From positions 991,069 through 1,015,068 of the forward strand of contig CP147778.1 of assembly GCA_037305845.1 (NCBI GenBank): a stretch of DNA of 24,000 nucleotides, in the 5' to 3' direction. The position numbers were made by a program, and so were the translations under genes. The stretch is from Candidatus Freyarchaeum deiterrae (GTDB lineage: Archaea; Asgardarchaeota; Jordiarchaeia; Jordiarchaeales; Jordiarchaeaceae). How positions within the stretch are numbered: the first letter of the stretch is position 1; each line of letters begins with the position of its first letter. A model generated the notes under the pieces. The model made no database searches, was not told where the DNA came from, and worked only from the letters and a program-made list of their open reading frames with translations. Below are positions 23,677 through 24,000 of this stretch, one piece after another.

Positions 23677-24000
23677 CTCCCTCCTCATGGGGTAGATCGC
23701 ATGGATAAGCTTTATTTTATTATTGAGTTTGTTGGAGGGAAGTTCCCATTTTTTAGTATAAGATAATCTTGATTAAAAGTATTTTTTTGTTTCTATTAAT
23801 TTATTATATTGTTATTTTTCTTATTTATATCTTTCGATTAGTTAATTTGAGTTATATTATCACAGATTTTGGTTTATTAATGAAAAAGCCGAAGCTTAAT
23901 TTATTTTATTTTTGCAAAAGAAATCTTTCGTTTTTCAATAAATTTGATTGACAAGTGTATATTTTTAGGATAAATGAATCAGAGAGATTATGCTTATTGT

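Noticed and set aside
23769-23951. 60-aa + ORF (MIKSIFLFLLIYYIVIFLIY...)
   Set aside because: It is a product of very AT-rich sequence (I/F/L/Y/K only), with no RBS or family resemblance.
1-24000. Search by eye for CRISPR arrays, tRNA/rRNA genes, transposases/integrases, toxin-antitoxin pairs or known defence genes
   Set aside because: I saw no regularly spaced direct repeats, no GTTCRANYC T-loop/cloverleaf candidates, no rRNA-like conserved blocks, and no ORF with recombinase, nuclease or defence-type motifs. The AbrB-domain protein is fused to ACT and has no toxin partner. An Infernal/tRNAscan run would be needed to be definitive.

Overview
AT-rich, gene-dense chromosomal segment with about 24 protein genes. 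By eye I found no rRNA, tRNA, CRISPR array, transposase or integrase. It looks archaeal. The evidence is separate cofC/cofD/cofE genes for the coenzyme F420 side chain, a stand-alone 6-phospho-3-hexuloisomerase, a DUF1512-like protein, TATA-like boxes, oligo-T tracts after genes, and GGAGG/GGTGA-type ribosome-binding sites with frequent TTG starts. Gene content from left to right: nnr (partial, not in the ORF track), YkgJ-type Cys-cluster protein coupled to agmatinase, an orphan NrdG/PflA-like radical SAM activase, an AbrB-ACT fusion regulator and a membrane protein. A 13-kb run of minus-strand genes follows: cofE-cofD-(Dus/DHOD-like TIM barrel)-cofC, an orphan hypothetical gene, a three-subunit 2-oxoacid:ferredoxin oxidoreductase, an 845-aa modular secreted repeat protein, and an ABC-2 exporter with one ATPase and two paralogous permeases. 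The remaining genes are a DUF1512-like protein, PHI (SIS domain), an OsmC-like protein, a second YkgJ paralog, a GalE-like extended SDR and a LURP-one/Tubby-like protein. The best candidate for undescribed biology is the FMN TIM-barrel gene translationally coupled inside the F420 tail operon; it may perform the unassigned archaeal reduction step. Secondary leads are a GC-rich three-hairpin element with a mutually exclusive pairing option upstream of the surface-protein gene, the AbrB-ACT fusion, the YkgJ-agmatinase coupling, a 98-nt C-free G/T tract, and a GC-rich hairpin island near the right end. All family assignments come from motif recognition by eye; no database search was possible.
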